Notes under the pieces: model-generated | Told to the model about the DNA's origin: nothing | Seen by the model: the letters and a program-made list of their open reading frames with translations, nothing else | Databases searched by the model: none | Made by a program: the position numbers and the translations under genes | Shown: piece after piece, positions 1-13,343 of the stretch | Layout: every line of letters starts with the position of its first letter | Numbering within the stretch: position 1 is the first letter of the stretch | Source: Octopus sinensis | Taxonomy: Eukaryota | Direction: 5' to 3' | Length of the DNA: 64,000 nucleotides | NCBI RefSeq assembly: GCF_006345805.1 | Contig: NC_043008.1 | Coordinates: 744,001 to 808,000 of the forward strand

Positions 1-603
1 TTCACCGTTCTCTCTCTCCCTGCCTCTCTTCCTCCTTTACACTCTCTCGCTGCTCATACGTGACCATCGTGCATTTTTCTTTTCCTCACGTGATCATCTT
101 TCTTTTCCTCCCGTCTGTCACATTCGTATCTGTCTCCTCTGCTATCTTTTCTCTTGTCAAAGAATATTCCTCCAGCATTCGCTACCTTACCTCGTCTGGC
201 CTAACGGACTTCCATGTTTGTTTTCGTTTGGTTTGTTGTATGTCTACACAGTCTTGTTTTTGTTACCAAATTTGACCCTCCGCAAATCCCAAATTATATT
301 TTGTTTTGTTGGAGCAACTGTTTTTCGAAAGCCTCATATCATCGTAAATTGCTCGAAATGTGGAGTAGAGGAAAAGCCGACAACTGATGATGAAGGGTCG
401 TTCTTTATGCCACTTGTCTTGTTCTCCATTTGTTTCTCGTTGTTCGCATACCCAAGTTTACCTTCGTATTTCATGTTGTTTACGTTTTGTTACGTCCCGT
501 ACCCATATATGCATATATATATACACACACACAACCACACACATTCACAAACACTCAAACACACATGCATTCACTTACCTTACACACAAGCACACACACA
601 GAC

Positions 604-688
<85 letters not shown>

Positions 689-720
689 ATAGATATATAA
701 TATACACATACACATACACA

Positions 721-1381
721 TTCTTTAAGTATTAGAAATAGTTTTAAAAAGTTTTTTTTGGCTGCTATTTCTAATGAGTTCAGTATGCGGCAAAGTAATT
801 TATTTTACTAAGCACTTTTATATAATGTAATAATTTGAATTCGCCTTAAATGGTCCCTTTGCATACTGAATACTTGGTGAAATTGATTAATTAATTAATT
901 TTACCCTCAATTGTTGAAATTATAATTCATCTCTCTCTATTTAATGCCTCGGATTTTACCGAAAAAAGCATAGTGTTTACTGATTTTAACCCACGTGGTG
1001 GAAAGGGGAGAGCAGAAATTCTTCGCTGCATATTTGAGTTTGCTGGCACTGTTAGTTTCGAGCAGATCTTCAGAAGCGATAAGAAGTCGAAAGGGTATGC
1101 TCCCACTTTCAGTGTTTTCAAATCCAAACAAGGAGTTCTGAGCTGATGATAGAAGTGTCGTGTTGACTAATCTTGAAACGTACGTTCTCAAATAACCTTT
1201 GCATTTGATTTTTAATGTCTTTACCCCCATACTTTCGTGAGTTGAATGGGAGCAAACACTATATGAGAGAGGTTTTCTTTAAGTATTAGAAATAGTTTTA
1301 AAAAAGTTTTTTTTGGCTGCTATTTCTAATGAGTTCAGTATGCGGCAAAGTAATTTATTTTACTAAGCCCTTTTATATAAT
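721..1381. repeat. Two near-identical ~106-bp direct repeats (721-826, 1275-1381) flanking a ~450-bp unique segment
   Basis: ttctttaagtattagaaatag...ctaagc(a/c)cttttatataat occurs twice at an offset of 554 bp, with only a homopolymer-length difference and one substitution. Confidence 0.9.
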
Positions 1382-1639
1382 ATATACACATACATATATA
1401 TATATATTTGTATGTATGTATATATACACACACAGATACACAAACACACACACTCGCGCAGAGTGATCTGTAATAAGCCCTTCAGCTGGTGTCCCTTATG
1501 ACCCTGTATCGTAGCTGTTGAGACCTTAACAACAAATATCAACAACAACTCTCATCACTTTTATTTTTGATTTTTGATAAAACCGATTTAAAAAAAACAC
1601 GACTCAGCATGAAATATCAACAGCAACCACTGCAGCTGC

Positions 1640-1728
1640 CGTCGCTGCCTCCCCCACCACCACCACCACCACCGCCGCCGCCACCACCACCGCCACCACC
1701 GCCACCACCGCCACCACCGCCACCACCG

Positions 1729-1788
<60 letters not shown>

Positions 1789-1790
1789 TG
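1640..1790 (+). repeat. Compound trinucleotide microsatellite (CCA/CCG)n then (CTA)n
   Basis: Direct reading; it explains the poly-P/poly-L and poly-S/poly-G ORFs. Confidence 0.95.
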
Positions 1791-2164
1791 TATGTAGAAG
1801 GAAGTACTGCAGAGTTTCTTCACTCGGTGTTCAATCCCAAATAGACGCATTTGAAATTTGACTAAATTTCATGAACACAGGCAATTGACTTCTATGTTAG
1901 TTGTCACACCACCAAGAAACTAACTTTCATCCAACATCCATAAACAATTAATAGACGTCCCATTACATACCCGCACGAGTGGCCAGGGTCAGGAGGTGCT
2001 TAGATGTAATTAAACATCTTCTATCTTTCTGGTTCATAACCAGTAACAGCAAGATAATTAAAAGACGTCATTGCAGAGTGACGTATCTACATTGATTAGA
2101 TTAATGACATGCAACCAGAGAACATGTTCAAAATTACTACGGCTATCCGGTTGCTAAGTGTAGT

Positions 2165-2235
2165 GGCGTGGGCCAGTGGTTAGGAGGGTAAGTTACTATC
2201 CTAAAGTTGTAGGTTCGATTCTCAGACCATGCATC
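2165..2235 (+). mobile_element. tRNA-derived SINE head remnant
   Basis: A-box-like gggccagtgg and B-box-like ggttcgattc at tRNA-like spacing, no intact cloverleaf. Confidence 0.45.
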
Positions 2236-2420
2236 ATATTTCGTTTATGCTGATCAAATGGGGACATTTAAATAATGATGCGCCACACATACACACGTAT
2301 GTATGTGCAGGTGGAAGCTTAGTTTCATGGGACTAGAAATCAAAACGTAAAGAGGAGTAAATAAAAATACCACAAGGCATTGTGTACAATATTCTACTGA
2401 ATAATAATAATAATAATAAT

Positions 2421-2458
<38 letters not shown>

Positions 2459-2499
2459 TAATAAAAAAAAATAATAACATTAATAACAGCAGCAAAAAT

Positions 2500-2660
2500 A
2501 CCATAGGAATGAGAACCCAGGGTGGGGTTCAAAATTCTACCAGGGCACCTGATAAAGGCTGGAGAGTACATCAGCCGAAACATGATGGTAACAACAAACA
2601 AAGTGTAGATGACACATATCCGTCCAATGTAAATAATGTGAATAATGTAAAGACATAAAA
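2500..2660 (+). mobile_element. Probable Penelope-like pseudo-LTR remnant with a degenerate hammerhead-like core
   Basis: ctgataaa-ggctg-(10 nt)-cagcc-gaaa at 2549-2580; the downstream atatccgtc..atgtaaataatgt motif recurs at ~28700-28745. Confidence 0.45.
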
Positions 2661-2996
2661 TAAATGTGACGAAGAAACTGAAACTTTGAAGAGGAGAGAG
2701 GGAATAGAAGATGAAGGAGGAGTAGAAGCAAGGATTGAACTCTGGGATGGGGAGCAGGGTAAGCAGAGGTAAGAGGTCGAAAAAAACAGGAAGGGCTTCA
2801 ATGAGACGTAATATGAAGGAAGTTATGAGAAGAAGAGAAACGGGTGGAATAGATATGAAGTCTGTTTGTTATGGAAACACATGCTTTGTATTTGCGGATT
2901 AGTTTTTTCTTCTTCTCTCTTATTGTCTGCCAAGCTAATTCTTCCGTACATATCCTCTCTGTCTATCTGTCTGTCTGTCTGTCTGTCTGTATCTGC

Positions 2997-3037
<41 letters not shown>

Positions 3038-3167
3038 ATATATATTATATTATACATTAATAGTAATATATAATATATATATAAATATATATACTTATAG
3101 ATGCATACATACATCTACACATCTATAGACATACAAATATGTAAATATATCTATATATACATATATT

Positions 3168-3198
<31 letters not shown>

Positions 3199-3272
3199 GT
3201 ATATATGCATATATATATGTATATAAATATATATATATATATATAGATATATATATATTATATATATGATAT

Positions 3273-3313
<41 letters not shown>

Positions 3314-3411
3314 GATAGATAGATAGATAGAGAAGGGAGAAAGAGAGAAGGGAGAGAGAATGACAAAGAGATAGAAAGAGAGAGAGTTGTAATTAAGGAA
3401 TGAAGTTATTT

Positions 3412-4290
3412 TTAATAGATACATCCATTACGTTTGAGATTTCCAATTTCAAAACGGTATCTGGATACTTGGCAATGTTAGACATGTCTTTCTCGAGAAT
3501 GAAATACCATCTCATATACGTAATTCTATAGATTGGCATAGGTTTTTGTCGAGAGAAGAAAAAGAAAGCTGAGAGTATGGCGTGGATGAACAATAATAGA
3601 CTGGAACACGTTCTTGGGTTAGAGCGACATGCAGTTATTTTCGCATTTAGGTATTTGGTACAAATTAAGATGTGAAAAGGAGATCAGATTATGCTTTGTT
3701 ATGTCTGTTCCGTTGGGAATTCGAAACGAAGACAGGCAGCAAAACCAAGTTTTTTTTTAATGTTGTTATGTTATCCTTAATCCCAGATTAAGGCAGCAAT
3801 CTGGTAGAATCGCTTAGAATGCTTAGCGACAATTCGTCTGTCTTTAAGTTCTGAGTTCAAATTCCGCCGAGGACAACTTTGCCTCTCAGCTTTTTGGAGT
3901 CGATAAAATAACTACCAGTTGAATACTGGTGTTGACGTAATAGACTTAACCCCTCACCAGAAATTGTTAGCATCCAGGCAAAATGCTTAGCAACTTGCTC
4001 TGAGTTCAAATTCTGCTGAGGTCGATTTTGCCATTCATTCCCACGGGGTAAATGAAGTAAGTGCAAGGATCGATGTCATCATCTAGCCTCTCACACAAAA
4101 TTCCAAGCCTTCTGCTTATTGCAGAAAGGATTTTTCAACCCGAGGTCATTCTTCCTCGGACAGACCTACCGTTTATAGAAGTACTTATCTGAGACGGTAT
4201 TTCGTTTTCGAAAACTATCTCTTACGTTGCCAAATATCCAGCTGCCATCCTGAGATTCGAAATCTCAAACGTAATGGAAATATCGATTAA
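3412..4290. mobile_element. Candidate non-autonomous DNA transposon/MITE defined by ~70-bp imperfect terminal inverted repeats, with nested SINEs
   Basis: 3412-3485 (ttaatagatacatccattacgtttgagatttcc...gatacttggcaatgttag) is the reverse complement of 4220-4290 (cttacgttgccaaatatcc...gaaatctcaaacgtaatggaaatatcgattaa). Confidence 0.55.
3791..4132 (+). mobile_element. Two degenerate SINE family B copies in tandem
   Basis: B-box ctgagttcaaattccgccgagg / ctgagttcaaattctgctgagg followed by the gtcgat..aa..tacc core. Confidence 0.75.
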
Positions 4291-4294
4291 TAAT

Positions 4295-4703
4295 GGTTTT
4301 AAACTTTGGCACAAAGCGAGTAAGTACGGAGGAGGGGGTAAATCGTTTACAACGACGCCACTGCTCCGCAGGTACTTATTTTATCGACCTGAAAAATATG
4401 AAAGGCAAAGTAGACCTCAGCGGAATTTGAACTGAGAACGTAAAGATGAACGAAATGCCGCTAAGTAATTTGCCCGGCGTGCTAACTAACGATTGTGCCA
4501 GGTCACCCCCTTCTTAAATATTTAATAATTATCCTTTCTACTAAAGGCAAAAACCTGAAATTTGGGGCGAAGATTTAGTCGATTATATCAACCCCAATAC
4601 ACAACTGGTTCTTATTCAATCGACTCTGAGAGTCAACCACGGCGGAATTTGAACTCAGAACGTAAAGACGACATATTAACGATTCTTTCAGCTCGTCGTC
4701 CTT
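4295..4703 (-). mobile_element. Two SINE family B copies (4295-4513, 4530-4703)
   Basis: Reverse-strand core ggtacttattttatcgacc..gaaaggcaaag..cggaatttgaact(c/g)agaacgtaaaga. Confidence 0.8.
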
Positions 4704-4734
4704 ATATATTTATTAATCACAGCTCCCTTCGAAG

Positions 4735-4875
4735 GTGCTGAACCGGCAGAATCGTTCGCATTTCATCCTTTCAGGGTCGATAAAATAAATAACACTGAAA
4801 TGCTGGGGTTGACGTAATCGACATAGCCCCGTCTCCCAAATTACTGACCTTGTGCCAAAATTTGAAACCGATAAT
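4735..4875 (+). mobile_element. Internally deleted SINE family B copy
   Basis: ggcagaatcgtt joined to tttcatcctttcagggtcgataaaataa...gacgtaatcgac. Confidence 0.65.
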
Positions 4876-4944
4876 AATTTCTTTCGTCAAACAGAAAACC
4901 CTTTCTCTCTTTTCTGTGGTCAAAGATATTTTAGTTACCACCGG

Positions 4945-5205
4945 CGACGTGTTGTGTCCTTGAGCAACACACTTTATTTCATGTTGCTCCAGTCGACTCA
5001 GTTGGCAAAAATGAGTAGTACCTGTATTTCAAAAAAGGGCCAGCCTTGTCACACTCTGTGTCACGCTGAATCACCCCAAGAACTACGTTAAGGGTACACC
5101 TGTCTGCGGAATGCTCAGCCACTTGCACGTTAATTTCACGCGCAGGCTGTTGCACTGCTCAGATCAGCTGGAATCTTCTTCGTCGTAACCGATGGAGTAC
5201 CAGTA
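4945..5205 (+). mobile_element. SINE family C remnant (gtgtccttgagcaa core)
   Basis: gttgtgtccttgagcaacacactttatttcatgttgctccagtcgactcag resembles the copy at ~8680-8730 and typical SINE central domains. Confidence 0.55.
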
Positions 5206-5749
5206 TCTCAAACAGCGCCATTCGGAATGGCTTTCTTTTTCCAAAGTAGAGTATGTAGCTTGAGAGATTAGATTCATATTTTTAGTAATATTTATATGTG
5301 AACGCATAAAACCCACATTGGTTCAAACGTTTTTTTGTTGTTGTTGTTGTTTGTACTTCATCTTATCTATTCAGCTATTTGTTTAGTTGTTGCGGTATGT
5401 ATTACCGAAACAGCTTTGTTGAAAGAAACCGATAAAACTGTTCGAGAATCTACGAAAGCTTGACTGAAATTCAGTTGGTGAAAGTGTCTGCAGGCAACAT
5501 GATGCTAGAAGGCATAGTTTATTTCTTCTTTTCTTTTATGCAGTTCTGATGAATATCCTGCAGGTGTTGCAATGGTGGGTGGATGCCTAACTGTCAGTGA
5601 TGACACATGACAAACACGCGGTCCTTTAGAAACACACACACAAACGCACAGGCAAAGATATGAACATGCATTTATATTTAAATGTGGGCATATGTATTTA
5701 TATATGTGTGTGTATGCGTGCAGTGTATTTTTTATTACATAGGAGGACA

Positions 5750-5920
5750 AGTGGGTGTGTGATAAGAAGCTTGCTTCCCAACATGGTTCCGGGTTCAGTC
5801 CCACTGCGTGGCACCTTGAGCAAATGCCTCCTAGTCGTCTACTATAGCCTTGGGCCGATTAAAGCTATGTGAGTGGATTTGGTAGACGGTAACTGAAAGA
5901 AGCCGTGGAATATATATATA
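5750..5920 (+). mobile_element. SINE family A, 5' half
   Basis: catggttccgggttcagtcccactgcgtggcaccttgagcaa...gtgagtggatttggtagacgg, truncated at the internal (TA)n. Confidence 0.8.
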
Positions 5921-6308
5921 GGAGTGGCTGTGTGGTAAGTAGCTTGCTAACCAACCACATGGTTCCGGGTTCAGTCCCACTGCGTGGCATCTTGGGCAAG
6001 TGTCTTCTGCTATAGCCCCGGATCGACCAATGCCTTGTGAGTGGATTTGGTAGACGGAAACTGAAAGAAGCCTGTCGTATATATGTATATATATATATAT
6101 GTGTGTTTGTGTGTCTGTGTTTGTCCCCCTAGCATTGCTTGACAACCGATGCTGGTGTGTTTATGTCCTCGTTACTTAGCGGTTCGGCAAAAGAGACTGA
6201 TGAATAAGTACTGGGCTTACAAAAAATAAGTCCCGGGGTCGATTTGCTCGACTAAAAGCGGTGCTCCAGCATGGCCGCAGTCAAATGGCTGAAACAAGTA
6301 AAAGAGTA
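5921..6308 (+). mobile_element. Full-length tRNA-derived SINE family A
   Basis: A-box tggctgtgtgg, B-box ggttcagtccc, accttgggcaagt-like core, internal (TA)/(TG) tract, tail ggcggtgctccagcatggccgcagtcaaat..ctgaaacaagtaaaagagta; colinear with four other copies in the window. Confidence 0.92.
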
Positions 6309-6313
6309 TATAT

Positions 6314-6346
<33 letters not shown>

Positions 6347-7211
6347 CGTGTGTGTGTGTTTGTGTGTATGTATGTATGTATGCATGTATGTATATGTGTG
6401 TATGTATGTGTGTGTGTGTATTTGAGTGTATGTGTCAATATAAAATAAACACACACGCACGCACAAATGTGTGTTTGCCCGCATATATAAATATATTTAT
6501 GCTTATACAAACAGGAAAAAGAGAGAGGAAGAAACAGAGCGAGTGAAACAGAGGGAGATAAAAGGCGAAGGGTGGGGGGTAGGAAAGAAAACAAGACATT
6601 ACTTAGCGCCGATGCAAGATTTAGTAGATAAACAGAGAGATATGGAGGTGGACTGGGATAGCAGACGGTCAGGGCTACAGGCGTATGAATAGGTAGTCAC
6701 AGTTCATGCGATGTGGCATAAACGTGCTGAGTTTGAAAGGTAAGCCAGACAGGAAGCAGGTAAGTGGAAGTAGATAAATAAACACTGTTGTAGACTATCA
6801 AAGATAACCTCTTGGGAGGTTTATATTATAACAACAACAACAACAACAACAACAACACAAGTAACCACAGCGACTTCAAATTTACGAGCAAACAACAACA
6901 ACAGCAACTAAAGAAGCGAATAAAAAATATTTTCGTTCGTTTATAATATGTTAAAGTACTTTCATTCAGTAGTAATGTAGTTTGTTTATGGAACATTGGT
7001 AGGCTAAGGGATTTATCGCTTATCGCAATTATCGTATGCTTCTGGCCTGGTTAACTCAGTAACTAGATTATACGGGCAACCATTTTAAAGCTTTAGTGGG
7101 ACATAGTATGAAGCAGGCCCAGCGAGCGTTATTTAGTGGCGCCGAATGGAGACTGACGTCGTATTTTATGTGTGTCAATGATCTTCTTTGGACTGTGGCG
7201 GTTTGTTTGCA

Positions 7212-7375
7212 GAGAGAGCTGGCAGAAACGTTACCGCGCCGGGCGAAATGCTTAGCGGTATTTCGTCTGTCGTTACGGTGTGAGTTCAAATTCTGCCGAG
7301 GTCGACTTTGCCTTTCAACCTTTCGGGGTCGATTAAGTACCAGTTACGCACTGGGGTCGTAGTAATCGGTTGTCG
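7212..7375 (+). mobile_element. SINE family B
   Basis: gagctggcagaaacgtta..gaaatgcttagcggtatttcgtc..gagttcaaattctgccgaggtcgactttgcctttc. Confidence 0.88.
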
Positions 7376-7377
7376 TT

Positions 7378-7470
7378 TACCAAATCCACTTGCCCAAGGT
7401 GCCATGCAGTGAGACTGAACCCGGAGCCATGTGGTAGGGGAGCAAGCTTCTTACCACACAGCTACGCCTA
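7378..7470 (-). mobile_element. SINE family A head fragment
   Basis: Reverse complement of the head: cttgcccaaggtgccatgcagtgagactgaacccggagccatgtgg..cttaccacacagc. Confidence 0.75.
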
Positions 7471-7474
7471 CACC

Positions 7475-7514
<40 letters not shown>

Positions 7515-7539
7515 TGTTTATGTATGTACACACACACAC

Positions 7540-7570
<31 letters not shown>

Positions 7571-8366
7571 AGAGTATAGATGCAAAACAAGATGCCAGAA
7601 ATCGCATTTGAACCCCAAAAGGCAAAGTAGAATACTATTGAAAAAGTCAAAAAGAAAAGAAACTCCAGAAACTGCTTTCTAAACCTGAGAAAATAAATTT
7701 GCCCCTCTCAAAGATTTCGGCAGGTGTGTTTGCACCTTGTGCTCCCTCTGTTCTTGGGCCCATCGATGGGTATATTTAGTGAGGGGAAATGAAGACGGAG
7801 ATGTACAAAATTTGATATCTGTTTCCTGTATGAGAGCGAGCCGTTGGAGACAGAATTAAAAGATCCGTCGAGTTTCTTGTAGTTAATTACTTCAGTGTAA
7901 TTTCTCGTTTCTTGAAGATATACACTATGTATGAACATAACGTTGGGCGGTCTTGTGTTGGACGTCTTTCATCATAAATAGGTTTGATTAGCGATGGCCT
8001 GGAGCTAAGGAACTGCAACACCATTAACCATTAATTTCAACACCAGCGATAACGCTAGAAATAGCTTACATCAGCACACACAAATATCAGCAATAAGCTA
8101 CCGCTGAGATCTTTAATACCAAAACATCACCAATAACACCAACATCCCCACCATCACGATAACTAATACCATCAACAACACCAATAACAATATTATCAAC
8201 ACTATCATTAGCAGCGGCGCTAATGTTCGTAACATTTCTGAAAATAAAGACACCTTCGTCTTTACGTCTTGAATTCAAATGCCACCAAAACAGCTCTAAC
8301 ACTGAAACCAAAGTTACCACTATACCACTAACAATACAACAGGGGTGGTATTACAGCTTTTACAGA

Positions 8367-8597
8367 AGGCGGCGAGCTGGCAGAAACGTTAGCACGCCGG
8401 ACGAAATGCGTAGCCGTATTTCGTCTGCCGTTACGTTCTGAGTTCAAATTCCGCCGAGGTTGATTTTGCCTTTCATCCTTTCGGGGTCGATAAATAAAAT
8501 ACCAGTTACGAACTGGGGTCGATGTAATCGACTTAATCCGTTTGTCTGTCCTTGTTTGTGTATTTAGCCCCTTGTGGGTAGTAAAGAAATGGGTATT
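8367..8597 (+). mobile_element. Near full-length, young SINE family B
   Basis: ggcggcgagctggcagaaacgttagcacgccgg...cctttcatcctttcggggtcgataaataaaataccag...agccccttgtgggtagtaaagaaat; near-identical to 33990-34230. Confidence 0.92.
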
Positions 8598-8624
8598 GCA
8601 GCTTTTATTAAAATATGACTCAGA

Positions 8625-8905
8625 GGTTAGCGAGTGGGGCTCACAGTCATGAGTTCTATTCCCGGATCGGGCTGTGTCTTGTGTTCTTGAGCAAAATGCT
8701 TTATTTTCACGTTGTTCCAGTTCACTCAGAAATGAATGGCGATGCCACTGATGCCAAGCTGTATCGGCCTCTGCCTTCCCTTCGATAACATCAGTGGCAT
8801 AGAGAAGGGAGACTGGAATACATTGGTGACTGTTGGTCTTTTGCCGGATTTGTGCATCGGAGTGTAACTTTCTAGGTGTAATCCCACAGTCACTCATGAT
8901 TGAAG
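8625..8905 (+). mobile_element. tRNA-derived SINE (family C/D) remnant
   Basis: B-box-like gagttctattcccgg, then gtgttcttgagcaaaatgctttattttcacgttgttccagttcactcag. Confidence 0.55.
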
Positions 8906-9029
8906 GGGTCTTTTACTAAGACAACACTAATATTGGTTTCAAATTTTGCCATAAGGCTAACAACTTCGGGGAAAGGGATAAGTCAATTACATTGACCGCA
9001 GTACGCAACTGGTACTTATTTTATCGAAT

Positions 9030-10110
9030 AGTGAAACTAACACCACCGCCACAACCATCACCACCAACAATACAACCAACATCACCAACAATATCACCGC
9101 CAACACGACCACGACCACCACTACCACCATTAACCACCACGATCACCACGACCACCACCAACATCATCAACACCACAAACACCACTACGATCACCATGAC
9201 GACTACCACCACCACGACCACCACAACCAACAACATCACCAACAATAGAATTGACTCGTAAAACTCCTGACACAGATACAAGAACCACAAACACCACCAA
9301 GACCAGTAACCATAGTAACACTGTTACCACTTTCTACAGTATATTCCTAAGACCACTAAAACCAAACCCACACAGGCACTAGTACAACCACCACCACCAC
9401 CCTCACCACCAACACGCCATACCAACACCCACCTATTCCTTTAGTAAGGGAACTAAGGACATACGGACGCAGATAGCAGAAAACAATAACACAGACACTA
9501 ACACTACTAACACCGCTACTACCACCAGTAACACTAGCACCGACACCGACATCAGTACCACTATTTCGGGCCACCACCACCACCACCACCACCAACAACA
9601 ACAACAATGCCTGCACTATCAGCATCATCATCATCAGCAGCAGCACAGCCAACACCACAAGCACCACCACCACCACCACCACCAGCAATACCACCACCAC
9701 CACCACCTCCACCACCACCAGCAGCACCACCACCACCAGCATCATCGACACCAGTACTTTCATTAGCAGCAGCAGTATCACCACCAGCATCAAACATCAT
9801 GAGCAACACCACCACCACAACCTGCGTCAACAGCACGACTATCTACACAAATAACAACAACAAATCGCAAAAAAGCAAGCAGCAGTGACAACAACAATAC
9901 CATTAGCATCACCATTCATAGACCACTAAAAACTACCACCCATACTGCCTCTACTAACACTGGCATCGCTAACATTATCACCAACAAACAAACACTTCCA
10001 CCACCACCACCACCCACTGCACCGCCACCGCCACAACGACCACTACCACCACCGCAACACTTCCACCACCACCACCACAACCGCCACCGCCGCCGCCGCC
10101 GCCACGATGA
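9030..10110 (+). repeat. Degenerate (CCA/CAA/CAG)n low-complexity tract
   Basis: About 1 kb of C/A-rich triplets; produces the Pro/Thr-rich and Val/Gly-rich ORFs. Confidence 0.85.
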
Positions 10111-10384
10111 ACATCATAAATATTATATTCTGAAGACGAACATGATAGATATTGTGAGCGGGTGAGAGAGAGCGTGAGTAATGAGTGACATTTGACCTGA
10201 TGTCAAAGGTGAAAACATGTTAGAAATATCAGATCAATAATAAGTAATGGTGATTCATGACTATAGGCTAAAAGTACACACTCTGTCAATAACAGCTTTC
10301 CTACACACACACACACACACACACACACAGTGTGGTTCTTATATACGATTACATGACTACGTAAATGATAAACATACACATACA

Positions 10385-11160
<776 letters not shown>

Positions 11161-11649
11161 ATGCATGTATATATGTATTCTTCCCACAGACACGCAAAGA
11201 CGCATTACTCTGCTAGGCTGTTATAAGGTCTGTCTATTGACACCCAGTTATATCTAATGTAATGTAGAGTGCATTCATGTATGCGAATCTCTGTCTCTCT
11301 CCCTCCTTCTCTCCGTCTCTCTCTCTTTCTCTCTATCACACTCTCTGCATGTTCTATATACATGTGCTTGTGTATATGCTCATTGAACCGCAAAACCACA
11401 CGGAAGTATGAAAGAACAATCTTTTCAATAACTCTTTAGAAAATCTGACATCTCTACACAACGTTGCATAAAACTACTAACAAAAATAATCCTGAGATAG
11501 ATGGAAGTTTAATATGTACCATTATATATATGTGTGTGTGTGAGTTTATTCTCTATAAATCTTATCATATATATATGCATGTATGTATGTATGTATGTAT
11601 GTATGTATGTATGTATGTATGTATGTATGTATGTATGTATGTATGTATG

Positions 11650-11681
<32 letters not shown>

Positions 11682-11964
11682 GGGAGGTGTTATCTTGTAT
11701 AAGTCGAGTGTAAAAAAGACGTCTTGCTAAAACCGTCGTTTTGTATATTTCTAACGATGCCCGTCCAGTTTTTCTGTGTTTTTGTTATAAGTTTTAGGTA
11801 CCTTTTTAAGGTGTTTTGCACGTAATTTCTAGCAGGGCAACAATCACTTACAATGTCTCTCCTTTCACATTATCTTAGTCTACAGAATTTATTATGATAG
11901 CTTACAAAGATGTGTGGAACTGAAGGGAGGGGGTATCTCCATAATACAGCGATCAGGGAGAAGA

Positions 11965-12007
<43 letters not shown>

Positions 12008-12387
12008 TATAATGTATGTATTAATTAGGTCGTCAATTATGAAATTTGTAGTAAGGTATACGGTAAACTTTGACAGCTGCTCATTTCGCGCCATTATTAC
12101 ATCTTGACAATCTTTATTGTTTATTTGAAAGCTCACATATCTATTTCTTTATCATGTCTTCCGTTTCTATATGTTCTGAGTAAAAATTCCGCCTAGTTTG
12201 AGTTTGATTTTCATCCTTTAGGGTTCGATAAAGTAAGTACCAGTCGAGCACTTCAATGAATATCCTCACCAACCCCATCAACTTTCAAAGTTCCTCTCCT
12301 TGTGCTAGAATTAAAAGGCAATGTATTTTCCAGACAATGCTAAACTATAATTACCAAAATATGATTTAATCAAATTCAGAGCTTCCT

Positions 12388-12750
12388 ATGTATCTCTCTC
12401 TCTCTCTTTCTCCCGCCTTCTTCCTCTCTCTTTTTCTCCTTCTCTCCTTCTCCCATCCTCTCTCTTTCCCCTCTCTCTGTTTCTCTCTTTCATTTTCATT
12501 CTCTTACTCTCACTATATCTTTCTCAATCGCTGTCTCAGTCTCTCTCACTCTCTTACTTTCTCTCCTTCCTCCCTCCTATCTCTTACTTTCTCTATTCTT
12601 ATCACCCTGCCTCTTTCTCTTGCTCATTTCCTCTCCCTCTCTCTCCCTCCCTATGTCTCTTTGCCTCCAAATACTTATTTCTATCTTTCCCTCTTTCCCC
12701 TTTTTCTCTCCCTCTCACTTTCTCTCTTTTTCTCCTCCTCTCTCCGTCTG
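12388..12750 (+). repeat. Degenerate (CT)n polypyrimidine tract
   Basis: Direct reading. Confidence 0.85.
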
Positions 12751-13343
12751 ATTCACAGAACTGTATTATGATCTTGGACTTTCATCTAAAAACCGTAAAA
12801 GTCTTTGTTAAATTCTCTTCAATATTTGAACTGAGAGAATAAAAACCGAGCTTTTAGGCACAATTTGATTTCAAAGTGACACCCAGTCTACTTAACAGCA
12901 CTTCCGCAAGGAATCGATGGTTCACGCTTCCATTTTGTTTGCAGTATTTCAAAGTTAGTATTGAGACAAAGAATAGCTGTCATATCACAGAAGGATAATA
13001 CAGCCGCAGGTTATGTGTTACTACATGAAAACGATGGAATATAAGTGTGTAAATAAGGCGAGATAAGATAGAGAGAGAGACATAATTTTCGGGAGAATGG
13101 ATCGATACAACTCGAGGAAAATAGAAATGATGGATGTGATGATAAAGGGAGGAAAAATCCTTGAAAGAAGAAAGGGATTTTAGGAGAGGGGAGCAAAGTA
13201 AGAAGTTGGGTAATTTCAATAAAGGAGTATATTTAAGGAGCACGGCTGAACTAAGTGGAAGTCTGTTAACGGGTATAAGGAAAAGAAAGACGAAGCTATA
13301 GTAAATAAAATGTTATAATAAAATATGGCAGTAAGTGAATATG

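Noticed and set aside
384-420. CTGATGA as a hammerhead core
   Set aside because: No stem II or downstream GAAA follows; the surrounding 160-500 region may be a repeat but I cannot support a family call
5921-5990. tRNA genes at SINE heads
   Set aside because: A and B boxes are present but there is no complete cloverleaf, and each head continues into a SINE body
8992-9888. Mucin/extensin-like Pro/Thr-rich ORFs
   Set aside because: They start within a SINE remnant and degenerate CCA/CAA repeats, are open on both strands and lack convincing splice sites
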